DNA of 56,364 nt, counting the filler, from Jimgerdemannia flammicorona (taxonomy: Eukaryota): the NCBI GenBank assembly GCA_003990765.1. It is 2 parts of 2 records of this genome, joined end to end, with 100 filler letters (N's around TTAATTAATTAA, not from the genome) between each part and the next. Parts side by side here need not be neighbours in the genome. Positions count along the whole stretch, not along the records: positions 1 to 28,136 come from RBNJ01000582.1; 1 more part is not named here. One strand, written 5' to 3'. The translations under genes were made by a program, and so were the position numbers. Within the stretch, counting starts at the first letter, position 1. Each line of letters opens with the position of its first letter. Positions 10,974 through 24,429 of this stretch are shown here, piece after piece. Under the pieces are notes generated by a model. The model made no database searches. It saw only the letters and a program-made list of their open reading frames with translations, and had not been told where the DNA came from.

Positions 10974-13900
10974 ATGAACAGTACAACCAACATTTTTTCT
11001 TTGAACGTGAATGGGCTAAGAGGTGCAGTTAGACACAGGAACATTTTTCTTTGGTTGAAGGGATTGGAGGCCAATCTCTTCCTCTTGCAGGATGTCAGGT
11101 GCGAGGATGATGCTGATAGGATGGAATGGACTAAGGAATGGGGTGGTATGGTGATTTGGAACAGCAAGGTTGGGATTCTGGTTCGGAAAGGCAGAGGGGA
11201 GATAAAGGATGTGAGGAGCTGGGGGGAGAGACTGGTCTGGGGTGAGTGGATTCGAGCAGGTTGGGAGCCGGTCACAGTTGGCTCCGGTTACTGCCCTGCG
11301 GTGTGGGGAGAGCATGTGGATTGGGTGAGAGGGCTCCTGGAGAGTGGGATACTTGCTGAAGCTGGGTTGGATATGCTTGGAGGAGATTTCAATATGGTTC
11401 GAGATGTACGGCTGGATAGAACTGATGGAGGACAGGGTGCGGAGAGCAGGAGTGGAGGGTTAGTGATGTGGGAGGAGGTTGAAAGGCTAGGAGCACTGGT
11501 GGATGCTGGTAGAGAGCACTGGGGGGACAGGAGAGTATATATGCATTGGGCTGGAGGTCTGGGGACAAGGATTGACTGGATTCTGACAGCCAACTGTTGG
11601 GGCCACGATGTCTGGAAGGTGATAGAGGTAGAATGGTGTCCGTGGTCAGATCACTGGGGCCTCTTGGGACAGGGGTGTTTTGGGGGAAGTAGAGATGGGC
11701 CTGGACATTGGCGCCTGAATTCCTCCTTGTTGGATGATGAGGTCCGGTGGGAGGAGTGGGCAAAAGACGTTCAGCTGAAGGTGGCGAATTGGTGGCAGGA
11801 AGGGGCTGCGATTAGGGTTTGGTAGATGAGGATGAAAGAGATGGCCAGGATGTATTGGAGCGAGGTTGGCAGAGTGGCTGGGAGGCAGCGAAGGCAGAAA
11901 GTGCGTTGGGCTTCTACTAGATTGGCTAGGCTCCTGGAGGAGTGGGCAAGACTGGCTGCAGTGGAGGGAGAAGAGGATTGGAGAATAACGAGGGTGAGGA
12001 TGGAGGTTGGGGAACTGCAACAGGTGCTGCGGGAAGAGGAAGAGTCAAGGGTGCAAGGCCTGGTGGCACGGCTTCGTTGGCAGGGGGTGGAGGAAGGGGA
12101 AAGGCCTTTCAAGTATCTCACAAGGACACTTCGAGTGAGAAGGGTACAGCAGCGGTGGGAAGGGGTACTTGACTCGGATGATGTACTAGTGCATGGTGTA
12201 CAGGACATCCTTGGAATACTGAAGGTGCGATGGAGTGGATTGTGGAGTGAGGAGGAGGGTGGGGCAGATGCTACAGCCATTGACCAAACATTAGAAGATT
12301 GGCACCCACCATGAGCTGAGGGACTAGGTGACCTGGTGATGCCTGTAAAGGAGGACGAGATCCACCAGGTTCTTGCCGCGACAGCCTCGGGCACAGCGCC
12401 TGGGGAGGATGGCCTCCCCTGGGATTTCTGGAAGCGAATGGTTGGAGTCCTGGGCATATTGGGGGAGCTGATGGTACTGTGTGACTCTATATTGCAGTCA
12501 AGGAGATGGGTGGGGGAGCAAGACCTTGGGCTGGTGATGCTGCTTTATAAGAACAAGGGAAGGTGAGAGGATTGGAAGAACTGGCGGCCGATAATGTTGC
12601 TAGATATGGACAGGAAGTTGGTGACTAAGGTGGTGGTCGCAAGGCTACAGAAGGTGGCCCAGCAAATTGTGGGTGTTGAACCGAGGGGCTTCATAGGGGG
12701 TTGGCTCATTAGAGATGGCACGGCCTGGGTACATGGAGTTATTGAAGGTGCTCGAGCCTGTGGACTGGATGGGCGTCTTGTCTTCTTGGATCAGGAGAAG
12801 GCTTATGACCAGGTGCAGCGAGTCTGGCTGGCGAAAGTATTAGATAGAATTGGAGTTCCAGCCCCATTTCGGTCGGCGATGGTCAGCCTACTGGAAAGGA
12901 GTAGGGCTGTGCTCATGTGTAATGGGCATCGAGGGGTGGCTTTCTCTCTGGGTAGGGGAGTACCCCAGGGGGATCCACTGTCCCCCATTTTGTATGCTCT
13001 TTCCTTGGAACCTCTCATGGACAGGATTTGGTGGAGGATCGTGGGGCTCTCTATCTATGGAGTTGGCTGGAAAGTTGGAGCCTTTGCGGATAACATGGTG
13101 GTTGGTTTGGAAGTGACTGCAGATGTTGAGGAGCTCCAGAAAACAGTGGAGTGGTATGAGGCGAACTCTGGGGCAAAGCTGAATTGGCACAAGTGTGAAA
13201 CAATGGTGCTGGGCAATGGCTTGGTGGGCGGAGAAGTTATTGGAACAATTGTTCCCACCGGAGAGGCAGTGCAGTACTTAGACATCTATTTGTCGGTCTA
13301 TAGGTCTGTTTTGCCCAGGCTGTGGTGGGAGCAGAGGATTGGAATTTGGGAGGAGGACCTGTGGGGTTGGGGGGGTAGACACTTCTCTCTAGCAGGAAGG
13401 ATCTCAATTTTGAATGTTTACTGGCTGCCGAAGCTGTGGTATTTGGCCTATCATCTGGACTTCCCAGCCTGGGTGGTGAAGAGATTGGTGAAGGTGGCCA
13501 AAGGATGGATTTGGGCTGGCAGACGGAGTCAGATTGGTTGGGAGACTCTGTCCCTACTGGTGGCAGGAGGTGGTCTTGGGCTGGTAGACTTCTCCAAGAG
13601 ACTACACTGCCTATGGGCTTGGTGGCTGAGGAGGGCAGTGGAGTTGCATGGAGGGGGCTGGGTCCCCTTGCTGCAGAAGATATGGGAGAGGAGGACATCA
13701 CCTAGAGGCTTGACTGGTGATCTTCTTTCATTAGTTGGGCTTCAGAACACTGCACAACTGAGATATAAAGGCTTCTGGTGGGGTATAGCCGAGGGGGTAC
13801 ACTGCATTGGTATTCACTGGCGAGGGGATGAGGGGGAGAGGGCTTGGGGCCCAGCAATGTGGAGATGGGATAGCATTCTTCTGGGAGGCATGCCTTTACT

Positions 13901-14630
13901 GGAGTTCAACATTCATGATGGCATCGAATGCCAAAGGGGACCAGACCAGGATCTGTGGCCTAGTGGTTGGCAAGGAGTTGGAATTGGTGAGGAGTGGGAC
14001 TGGCATGGGGTTTGGACCTGGAGTGCCACAGTGAAAAATTGGATGCCACCGAAGTACTGGATAGTCTGGTGGCATGTGCTGAGGAGGAATGTGATGCTTA
14101 ACTTCTGCTCAGAACACCTTGTTGTCGGGGGCTGCTTTGACTGTGAGGAGTGCCATAATGTAGGGCAGGAAGGGGGATTGGTACAGATGCCAGAACATTG
14201 GCTAGGAGAGTGTGAGGTGTTGGGAGACTTTTGGCAGGCCATTGGGGACCACTTGGGGGTAAGGTGTAGGGATGATGATGTACAGGGGAGGTGGGAGGAC
14301 CTGAGGGATCGATTGATAGGAGGGGTAGGGGAGGAGTGGATTACACTAGGCTGGGTGTTGGCTATTTGGGTTGGGCTGGCCGGCCACTGGCTATTTGTAT
14401 TTGAGGAGAGGGAGCGACAGAGCTTGGAGAGCCAGTTAGCAAGATAGCAGTTCCTTATGGAGGATACCTTGACAGGCTGGTGGCATGGTTGAGGGCTGCA
14501 GGGGGGTCGGAGGCACTGCTTGGTGGTGAAAATCTGTGGTCAGAGTGGTGGGAGAGTTGGAGTTGTTGGTGAGAGAGTGGTCTTTATATGTGAAGAGGTG
14601 GAGTGGGGCCCCCTGATGGGGATCGGTTAG
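10974..14630 (+). pseudogene. LINE-A ORF2: APE endonuclease, RT, C-terminal Cys/His motif
   Basis: SLNVNGL, GGDFNMV, RIDWIL, SDH; NWRPIMLL, FLDQEKAYD, GVPQGDPLSP, AFADNM; CEEC...EHWLGEC. Several in-frame stops. Confidence 0.95.
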
Positions 14631-14702
14631 TGGATGGGGATATTGTATACTTATTCATAGACTGGTAATAAAGACGGAGTCCAAGGGACTATAAAATAAA
14701 AA

Positions 14703-14744
<42 letters not shown>

Positions 14745-14754
14745 GATTTGCAAG

Positions 14755-16025
14755 AACACTATGACTCCTCTCTTACTAGTTATCTTGAAATTGAGAAGAC
14801 TATTAAGAATATTCAATACTACTATTATTGATCAAGTATAGTTAAGGAAATTAAGAACTATATTACTAGCTACAATCTATACTAGTATAATAAGTTTACC
14901 AATTAAGCACCAGTCAGTTTGCTACAACCACTGCCAATTTCCACTAAGAAATTTGAGCAAGTTATAATGGACTTTATAACTCAACTATCATAAACTTAAT
15001 CTGGTACTAATGCTATCATCATATTCATTAACTGCCTGACCAAGACTATGGTTGCTGAACCAACTACTACCAATGCTACTACACCTGAGATTGCAAGAAT
15101 CTTCTTCAAGTCCATCTTCTGTCACTATGGTCTACTATAAGTAATTGTCAGTGATTGTAACCCCAAGTTTACTAGTCACTTCTGGCAAACTCTCTTCAAG
15201 ACCTTGGAAATCCAATTGGCTATATTTACTGCCTTCTACTCACAAACTGATGGACAAACTGAGTACATGAACAGAACTCTAGAACAGATACTTAGAAACT
15301 ATATTTCTTATAAGTAAGATGATTGAGACCACTATCTGACTTATGTAGAGTTTGTATACAATAATATTATCCAATTATCTACTGATCTTTTCTCTTTTCA
15401 GTTACTCTATAGTTAAGATCCCAAGACTCTTGCACATCTAGTTCCTTTTAAAAAAAGTAGTCAAATATAAGTTCCTACTATCAAGAGCCTTATAGACAAA
15501 ATGGATGAACTACTTAAGATTACTACTGTGAATCTTCAAAAGACTCAACAGCATTAAGTCAAATATGCTAATAAGAAATGCCACAATGTTACTTATACTG
15601 TTAAAGATCAAGTCTTATTATTGATTAAGAACCTCAAGATATAATCTCAAGTTAACTATCTATTAAACAAGTTCCAACTCAAGTATATTGAACCTTTTGA
15701 GATTACTAAACAAGTCTCTATATCCTCCTACCACCTCAAGCTATCTGAAATTATGAGAGTACACCCAGTCTTTTATATATCATACCTCAAGACCTGGAAT
15801 CAGTCACTGCCCTACTCTGGTTGAATTTCCAATCTATCTATCTCTGTGATTATTGAAGACCATATTAAGTATAAAGCTGAGAAAATTCTTGACAAATAAA
15901 TCCACTACTACTGTCCTGAATATCTAGTCAAGTAGATGGACTACTCTAAATATAATACTATCTGGAAACTACTGGTCAATCTCAAGAACTCTCAAGATCT
16001 AGTTCAAAACTTTAAGATAAAATAC
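14755..16025 (+). pseudogene. Gypsy-1 integrase and chromodomain
   Basis: VIMDFITQL, IVSDCNPKFTSHFW, YSQTDGQTE, GPF-like region, RVHPVF; chromodomain YKAEKILDK...EYLVK*MDY...IWK..NL at about 15865-16020. Confidence 0.9.
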
Positions 16026-16344
16026 ATTGCCCAATTCCTATAGTGACTTCCTTAGATTGTTAATAATCTATAGCAATAACCAGTACCTTATGTATCAGAA
16101 GTTTACTTTGGAACCCTGGAACTAGCAGAATATTTAATGAATAAGAAGTCTACCAAAATAAAGCTACTAGCTAAATTTGAATCTCTCTCAGTTGATTAGT
16201 CTGATAATAGGCCCTTTGTCCTATATGAGAATGATCAATTCCCACCAATATACCAATATAAGTTTGAGAAATTTTAATTAAGTATATCTAGTCTTATATT
16301 ACCTAAGAACTCAACAAGAATATTAGTTCTTAAAAAGGGAGAGA

Positions 16345-16808
16345 TATAACAATTTTACAGTCATATTTAGTCTTAGTTTATTTTCATATCTTTTAGTTAG
16401 TCTTTTCTTATTATTTCTTAAATATTCTACTATGTTCCAACATCTTCTACTTGCTTGAAAATCTCCTCTTAGTACCTAGACACTACTAGAACATTCTTGT
16501 CTTTTCTTGGTATCAAGTATCTTATCTTAGCTAGTTATAGAACCTTTTGAAACATTGTAGAATCATATTAGTCAGCTTTGCTGAGAACCTATTTCTTGGC
16601 ATTTTTCTTTCTTTTCAAGATCCTTCCAGATCTTTCTTTCAGATTATATATAAATATTCTTATTCTCTGCTTGAATAAAGCTTAGAATATTTTCTCCCAG
16701 AAATTCTTTGAGAACATTTGATCCTTTAAGTATCTCTTTAAGCTACTTTAGGCTTTCTAGAACTTCCAGATTTAGCCACTTCCTCTTAAAGAAACTAGAA
16801 CCATTACA
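16345..16808 (+). repeat. Gypsy-1 3' LTR
   Basis: Follows PPT; TATAAC...ATTACA; matches the 5' LTR. Confidence 0.93.
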
Positions 16809-17054
16809 GACTCACAGAATAAGCTTATGTAATTATGAATCTTATAAATGAGAAAATATATCTAGAAAACTCCTGTAAAGATAATAACAAATGAGTTTTC
16901 TATAGATCCCACAGATATAGTAGTAGTAAATGAGATCAAAGTAAGTATAGCCAATAAAATGAAGACTAAAATGAATAAACCCAAACTTGAAATCAATATA
17001 ATAGCAGTCAATTAGATAAGTTTGAGAGCTACTATAGATATTAGATATATAAAG

Positions 17055-18395
17055 TATTGAAATTCTCATTATTATATGTATCTCAATAATATAGCTTATA
17101 TATAACTATATCATTTTTAAGTTATATTACTTGATGTATAAATATATACTATCTAAAATAATAAACAATGTTCTCTTTTCTTTCACTCTATACTCTTAAT
17201 TAAGATATAATAGAGATTATGAACCCCTGTCTCTTTCTCTACTATCTTACTAGTCATAATAGTTTGGTAGACAATCTTCTGAGTCTACTTTCCACAACTA
17301 ATACCCCCTCTATCTCAGGCTTATTTGCTGTACCTATTGCAGGGCAGTGGGAGGAAGGCAATGGAGATGAGTTGTCCCTTTATTGGTATCAGATTAGTAT
17401 CTTCTCTACTTTTTTGTAATTTCTGATATCTTTAGCTACATCTGGGATATACTTGTTTTGATATAGTGCTTTTTTTCTTTTACCATCACCAATGAGATAT
17501 TGTCTTGATATATCATGGGTTATGTAGAGAGTCAGCTAATCTTGGGTATCAAGTACTCAGTATGAGTTATCTGTAGGTCCTCAGTGTCTATAGTGGGGCT
17601 CTCTGACTTTGGTAAGCTTCCTGGTGAGCATGGTTCTGACATAGATGACTGTTTTCTGGGTGATATTGAAATGGAAGAAGAGATGGCTATCACTGATAAG
17701 AGGAAGGGTAATAACAGTAGATCAATAGAGTATCAGACTAGGGGCAGTCATTGGGGCTAGAGCAGGTGCTTTTTCAGTAGGGCCTTTTGATTAGTATGGA
17801 GTGATTAGATAGTAGGTATTACTTTTCTATTTTTAGTAATTTATGAGATTGGGCCCTGGTCATTAGGGGTAACTAGAGGGTCTGAGGCTACCCATATCAG
17901 GTGTCTTAGTTATATTCAACTAGAACTAGGAGCTGATATAGCAATATAATTAAGATCTATAGACTTGAGTAGTGAGATATTAGAGATCTCCTCCCACCTC
18001 ACATATAAGTTCTCTACTCACTTTGCTTGGGAGAACCAGATCCTACTCATTATTCTATATATTAAAGAGGATTTTTTCTTTATCTGTCATTTCTACTTAT
18101 GGTAATAGAAGCTATTCTATTTAGCTCAGATATAGCTTTGTACATATGTTGGGGTTTTGGACATATGCTTTCAGTTATTGATATATAGCTGAGTTCTCTC
18201 TGATAGTAGGAAGAGTATAGTGTATAGAATGAGGTATAGACTACTATAGGCCTTACTGCATCTGATATAGTTGAGTTACTGGATAATAGCTAGCCTAGGT
18301 TTAATAAGAGAGTAGTGCTCAGTGGATAGTGAGGGAGAGTTTTGGCCTATATAGTCTAGATTCCCTTCCAATAAAAATTTGCAGAACTCTGAGTT

Positions 18396-18455
<60 letters not shown>

Positions 18456-18617
18456 ATTATAAACTCCACTCAGTGGCTAGTAAGAAATATCTCTCTAAGA
18501 CTGTATACTAATCTATACCAAGATATCACTACTAATGAATTAAGGAACTAGTATGAATATATCAGTCAAAGTAGATATAGATATACCTAGAATAGATATA
18601 ATAATCACAGTTCCTAC
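17055..18617 (+). mobile_element. Ty1/Copia remnant B: 5' LTR 17055-17212, PBS and leader, split by the poly(A) retroelement
   Basis: LTR aligns with 31858-32020 and 54845-55010; leader 18468-18617 aligns with 55025-55155. Confidence 0.75.
17228..18451 (+). mobile_element. Non-autonomous poly(A) retroelement (SINE-like), copy 1
   Basis: 1171-bp body homologous end to end with 36617-37787; AATAAA 18370; poly(A) 18399-18451; 16-bp TSD AGAGATTATGAACCCC / AGAGATTATAAACTCC. Confidence 0.85.
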
Positions 18618-18850
18618 TAGTGCTCTAAATGGATGTAATTTATCTAGATAGATTCAATTTAGATTTATTATGTGATGATTTGAATTAACTTATATTGGTT
18701 CTGTGATCTGATCCCAATTGATCTGGATTGATTCAGATCACTTGAAATCTTTGATAACATCACTCTTTCTTTATCTTTGATAACATTACTCTTTTTTTAT
18801 TTTTGGTGACATCACTCTTTCTTTGTTCTCTATTTCTTTGTTCTTCCTTT
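18618..18850. mobile_element. Left end of a hAT-like element with short tandem repeats
   Basis: TAGTGCTCTAAAT TIR truncates Copia B; about 26-bp unit TGATAACATCACTCTTTCTTTATCTT x3 at about 18752-18825. Confidence 0.5.
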
Positions 18851-19554
18851 TTTTGTTCTCTGATATTTTTTTGTTTCTCCAGCTATGTCATAAAAAAATA
18901 AATAGCAGCCCTTAATTATATATATATTGGTCTACTCATTTTTTTATCTAATGATCTTCAAAAGAGGGAATATTTGAAATAGAAAAGTACTCTCTACTAA
19001 TAATATTAAATTCTTTCTCATATAAGCAGTATATAAGCTGCTTATTGAGAGCCAAAGTAGTGGTAGCAATAGTGATAGTGATGGTGATAATAATGATGAA
19101 AACAAGGGAGAATTTTGGTAACAACTCATAGTAATCCTTCAGATCTTAGAATTTATAGACCTCATAGCTATATATATAGTAGCCTTTTTAGAGCAGCTGA
19201 TAGTAAATATAGGTTATCTTTTTACTACTATATTTAAATTCCTACAGTATAACTAAATTTATTTCATGCTATTTCTCTTTTTTTAGAGTCTACAGATCTA
19301 CAATGAGATCTACCAACTTTATTTACAATATCTGGTCAAGATAAAGAAAGGCTGGAGAGTATTACAAGATATACTTTTGATAACTGAGCTATTGGATCAA
19401 TGCATTATATAGTGGAGATCTCAAAAAGATCAGAAGTAAATCTTTATGAGTAATCTTGTATAACTCATCTACATGTAACTCATTATATATAACTTACCTG
19501 TATGTAACTCATTCTCATGCTCTTTTCTGAATACTCACTTTATATATATTCACT

Positions 19555-22500
19555 AATATTGCTGCCCAACTTCTCTCTAATAGCCTGATCAATGATCTTC
19601 TGAATTCTGAGAGAACTTCTACTCTCTTCAACACCTCCTCCAGTCAAACATACTGGATTCTGTTATATACCTTCTCCTGGTCTAGAAAAACTAGCTGTCT
19701 AATGATCTCTGCAGCCCATATATCTTCAATAACTCCATATACTCAAGCTGTTCTATCTCTTATCAAATATCCCCCAATGAAATCTTGCTATTCAGCCTCT
19801 AGTATCTGCTGAGCCACCCCTTATAGCCTAGCCATCAGTATCTTTGTCACTAGCTTGTGATCTATATCTAAAAGCATAATTAGCCTTCTATTTTTCCACT
19901 CCTCCTGTCTCCCCTTATTCTTAAACAGCAAGGTTACCAGTCTTAGTTTCTGTCTTCCAATCTACTCTCCAGAACTGATAATATCATTGTATATTTATAC
20001 CATTTCCTCTAATATCAACTCTATACCTGTCATTTTCTTCCAGAAATCCCAAGGTAGTCTATTCTCCTCAAGAGCTATTCTGAGACTTATTGTTGCCAAG
20101 ACTCTACAGATCTCCCCCCCTTATATCAGAGCCCTAAGATCCCCTAGACCCTCTATCAGATCTAGGTACCAGTCCTCCAGATATTGCTTGATATTCAATA
20201 TATCTTTCCTGTCTTTCTTCTTACACTATAAATATCTCCACCTTGAGCTCAACTAATCCAAGATCTCTGGGGTTCTAACTACTGTCTCCTCTACTTTACT
20301 TAATACCCCCTCCTATCTTTGCCTCATCCTCTTTACTTGAAGAAGCCTTGATAGGAACTTCATGGGCCTCTCCTTCTCTCCTTTATTCTGCTATCTCAAA
20401 TAGGCTGCCATCCTCTTTATCTATAAGACTTCCTCTTACCTCAGCAACTCCTTCAGCTCCTTTACCTCAAGCCAGACCCACTGAACTCTTTAGTTCTCTT
20501 TCTCTCTATTATTCTACAGATTGGCTCAGATCAATAGCAACTTCTCCAGTCTCTAAGAAGTCCACCTTAGTTACGTTCTCCTCTTATTGTTCTTTACCTT
20601 CTCTGCCTCTCTTCAGAACCTCTGAGCATCTGATTTTAAATGCCTCCACTGGTCTCTAATTTCCTACCCCCTCACCCTCCAACTAAGAATCCTAAAATAT
20701 ATATCTACCACTCATATATTCTATTAGAAGAGCTCTCTCAGTAATGAGGTATTTAGATACTAATGTCCAGATCCCTCCTCATTTCCCCCAAATCTCCCAT
20801 AATTAAGCAGACTTCAATAATCAGACTACAGACACCAAATCATCTTCAAAGGACTCCAGACATCCTCACCCCAGTACTCTACAGTTAAGATCCAATCTAT
20901 CCTTGAGCCTAACCCTGCCACCCAGTGAGTATAGACTCTGTGATCTCTCTATCCAAGTTGCTCTGCATCTATTAAAGAGCTCAATCTCTCAATCTCCTCC
21001 TAATCTTCAATACCCCTACTTCTGTCTATCATCTCTCTCCCTCCATCAGTCCTGTCCAACAGCCTATTGTGAATTATGTTAAAGTCTCTATCCAAACAGT
21101 CAATCTCTATCTCAGCCAGCACTCTTGTATTCCAAAGTTCTTATATCTATTCTACTCACTCTTCTCTTTCTGCTGGACAATAGTAGGACTCAATAGTCAA
21201 GAGGCTTTAGCCCAGTCTCTACCATATCCTCTATATTACTCTGCTACTCCAATGTTCAATATCTTCAATATTTCCTTTGCTCTTCTTAACCAAAATATCT
21301 ACCTAACTCTGCCAGACAGCTGCTCCACTCCATTCTCTTATCCAGTCTAGTTTATCTAAGTTCACATTATATCCAACATCCTGTAGCAGAAACAGTACTT
21401 CTAGTTCCTTTAACTAGCAGAAAATATTCTGATACCTCACTGTACCCATAACTCATTGATATTTAAAGATAGAATTCTAGTTATACTATTCATATTGAAT
21501 AAATATTATAGAGAAGGTCACTCACTCTACAGTTCTATACTCACTATATCTCTAACAATATCTAAGTTCCTCTCTGCTTCAAACTCCTCAGCCACCCCCT
21601 GCTAGGTGTCCAGAGCCAGTAAGATCTTCTGATAGTTCTCACTATCCACAGTCTCTATATTAGACCAGTACTCCTTACACACTATCTGCCACTTTGCCAA
21701 CCCCTTTCTAGGGCCCCACAGATAGATTGTATAGTTATTTACAATTCTCATCAGCTCGGCTTCCTTATTTCTATTAACTTCATACTTCTCAGCCTCCAGC
21801 AGACCTGTCATTAGCTTATCTCAAATCTTCTATACTATCTCTTCTTATAGTATCTCCCCTCAGTGCCTCTCACTAATTACTCTGAAGTCCACCTTATCTA
21901 ACTCATCAGCTGTAATATCTGTCAATATCTTCTACAACTATCTCTCCTCCCCTATAGTCTCATCCACTTTTTAGCCCACCTTCTACCCTCTAGCCCCTTG
22001 ACCATCATCAGCATTCTCTCTTACCAACTCATCTCAGATCTCCTCCAGTATGTTCTACAGCTCATCATTTCTCTTACTCTCTGCCAGCACATTATACTAA
22101 ATATGAGTCACCTCCACCATCACCTTATTCTTAACTATTGTATCTTATATTGGATCTGTTCAGGCCATCTCTACCACCATCTCCTTCTTTCCTACCCAAG
22201 TACTGGTCTGTGATCCAACTTCATCAGTAGCTTTTTCTCCCTCTGACTGCTCTCCCAGCTTCATCAGTAGATCCTTCTCTTCTGTGCCTTCTTTTAGGCA
22301 GCCCAATTCAATCTCAATCTCTTGCTATTCACTATCTCTACCATCATCTTGACCTCATACTCCTTCCAGACTAACCTCCTCTTCTCAATAGCTCTAGCCA
22401 ATCTTTTCTCTTTCTAGTATTCTCTTTATCCACCAGTCTCACTCTGATATTTATATCTCCAGTCTGGAACTCCATACTATCCTAGACCTGAAAGCCCACA

Positions 22501-23385
22501 TCTACTATATCACTATACTTCTTAATAATGTCGACAATCAGCCCTCTGGCCTCCTCTTCTTCACTATTGGTACATTTGCTACTACTAGCTAGACTACCCT
22601 AGAGTCTCAGTATAAGCACCAAGTCATAGAGATTACTATCCTACCAATTACTACACCTTTCTTCAGTACCCCCAACATTAACTCCTCCTCTTCAAACCCC
22701 ACCTCAATCCCCTCCAACTTCTTCAAGAACTTCACTGAGGCAGCTTCTTTTACCTTCTGGGTCAGCAGTTCTAGAACTATTCTCACTATAACTACTAGAC
22801 CCTGGAAGTACAATGTGATGGTAAATTTGGATACTGATTTCTTAAGTAATAGTATCACCACCAGGCCCATTACACCTTTAGCCAGGTCCTCAGGCCTCAT
22901 ACTCTGTCCTAGTTCAGCCTCACTATCAGCTATTATATTTGGATTTTTTTTCCAAATTAGCAGTTCTCTCTCTATCAGCAGTCTCACTCTCCCCAGCTAC
23001 TACTTCCCCAGCCCTATCACCACTACTTCATAAAGCCTCCTTACCAGATTCTGCATCTCTCTCCTTCCTCTTATCACTCTATAGCCAGGTCTCTAGGCCT
23101 ATTAACAAGTACCCAGCCTTGACCTTGTTAGTGAAGCTCACTCTTCCAGTTCTCTATCTCCTAGCACTACCTCCTTCTCTCTCATGTCCTTCAGCCAGCA
23201 AGTTCTGCATACTTCTCTCTAAGCCATAACTTCTCTCTACATACTATTAGTCAAATATACTAGAGCTACTCTGCCTAGTATGCTTCTCTAATTACTTATT
23301 AATTGCTATATTATTATTATCTTTGCTTCAAAAACTGTGTTGAAAGTATTATCAGAAGTTTGTATAATGTGAATTGTAGTGAGGC
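19555..23385 (-). mobile_element. LINE-B: older, 3'-truncated L1/Tx1 copy
   Basis: Minus strand aligns with LINE-A 5' UTR, ORF1 (22607..22987), APE, and RT up to just past DQEKVY; heavily mutated; no tail. Confidence 0.88.
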
Positions 23386-23521
23386 AGTATAAATTTATTT
23401 TGAAATTCACTTAGTATCAGAAACAGTATAAATCTATTTCAAAATTTACTTATTGGTCACTACTAATTTATTTTAAATTTTATTTTGTTTTATTTTTTAA
23501 TAAAAATGAGTACTTAATCTT

Positions 23522-24090
23522 AGATATAAACTAGAATATTATTTATTATATGATTGGAAAGACATTTGAATTGAAGAGGCTAAAGACAAACTTTATACAG
23601 TTTATAATAGAAACTATACTTCTCTATCTAAAGCAATTAATCAAATAAGTTCTGAAGATCATGAAGAAGTAGAAGATGACATCAATACTATACTATATGA
23701 ATATATATTTAACAAAAGACAAAAACTGATAACAAATCCTGAGCAAAAGGTAGATATTTATTTGAAAAGTAAACCTGTTAAATTTTAAGCAGAAGTTGAT
23801 ATATTATCTTGGTAGCAAGTGAGTTGGGAATTTTTATTCAAATTAGATCAATTTAAAATATAATTTGAGTTTCTCTAATTGATTTAATTGATTGAGAATA
23901 TTAGGGCTATAGTAGAGATTTTCCAAATTTAGCAAAAATAATATATAACTACTTAGCTATCTCAGCAATAAGTGCTCTAATTGAGAGAGTTTTTTCAAGT
24001 AATAAAGATCTTATAATAGCTAAAAGAAGTGCTTTAGACTCTGAAATAATTCATAAATATATGTGTTTAAAGGCATAGCAATCAGTCTAG
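23522..24090 (+). pseudogene. hAT transposase C-terminal dimerisation domain with an intron
   Basis: VDIYLKSKP...DILSW*Q, intron GTGAGT...TTAG (about 23819-23903), FPNLAKI..NYLAISAISALIERVFSS.KDLI.AKRSALDSE...MCLKA*. Confidence 0.85.
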
Positions 24091-24429
24091 TATTCTAATA
24101 ATAATAGCTAATTCTAAACCTCAAAATATAGTTAAATTTTGAAATACCAAATAAATATAGTACTCAGGTATCATATTATATAAGTATGATCTAGAACTTA
24201 TAGATATACTATATCTGAATATAATTTCTAAATATATATCTAATTGTTATATTTAAATATAATTTTTGTTATTTTTAGCTCTAATAAGATAAGTGAGATA
24301 TTATTGTATCTGCTCAAAAGTACTAGAGATAGATAATAAGTAGTATAAATTATATAATATATAGAATTTTGAATATATTCAAAGCTTAAGAATATATATT
24401 ATATATACTTAGTTACTATATCCAAAATA

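Larger units (their letters stand above)
8823..14739 (+). mobile_element. LINE-A: full-length L1/Tx1-clade non-LTR retrotransposon inside Gypsy-1
   Basis: Perfect 15-bp TSD TATAAGATTTGCAAG (8808-8822 / 14740-14754), AATAAA at 14667, poly(A) tail, ORF1 + ORF2, G-rich sense strand. Confidence 0.96.
4803..16808 (+). mobile_element. Gypsy-1: full-length degenerate chromovirus, gag-dUTPase-PR-RT-RH-IN-chromodomain
   Basis: 464-bp LTR pair, PBS TGGTAGC at about 5269, PPT AAAAAGGGAGAGA 16332-16344, TSD GACTA/GACTC, recognisable domains. Confidence 0.95.
3998..17054 (+). mobile_element. Ty1/Copia remnant A (5' LTR 3998-4122, PBS, degenerate gag), split by Gypsy-1 at 4803-16808
   Basis: TGTTG start; PBS-like AAGATTATAAGTCT (compare AAGGTTATAAGCTC at 35544); 4560-4802 and 16814-16870 align with Copia gag at 55400-55720. 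Confidence 0.65.

Noticed and set aside
9021..14242. Many Pro/Ser-rich minus-strand ORFs, and plus-strand equivalents at 47259-52952 such as the 435-aa ORF
   Set aside because: Antisense shadows of the G-rich LINE coding strand.
17228..18398. Retrozyme or ribozyme-containing element
   Set aside because: No hammerhead core (CTGATGA...GAAA) or HDV-like fold found by eye; mutation could hide one, so an Infernal search on the consensus is needed.
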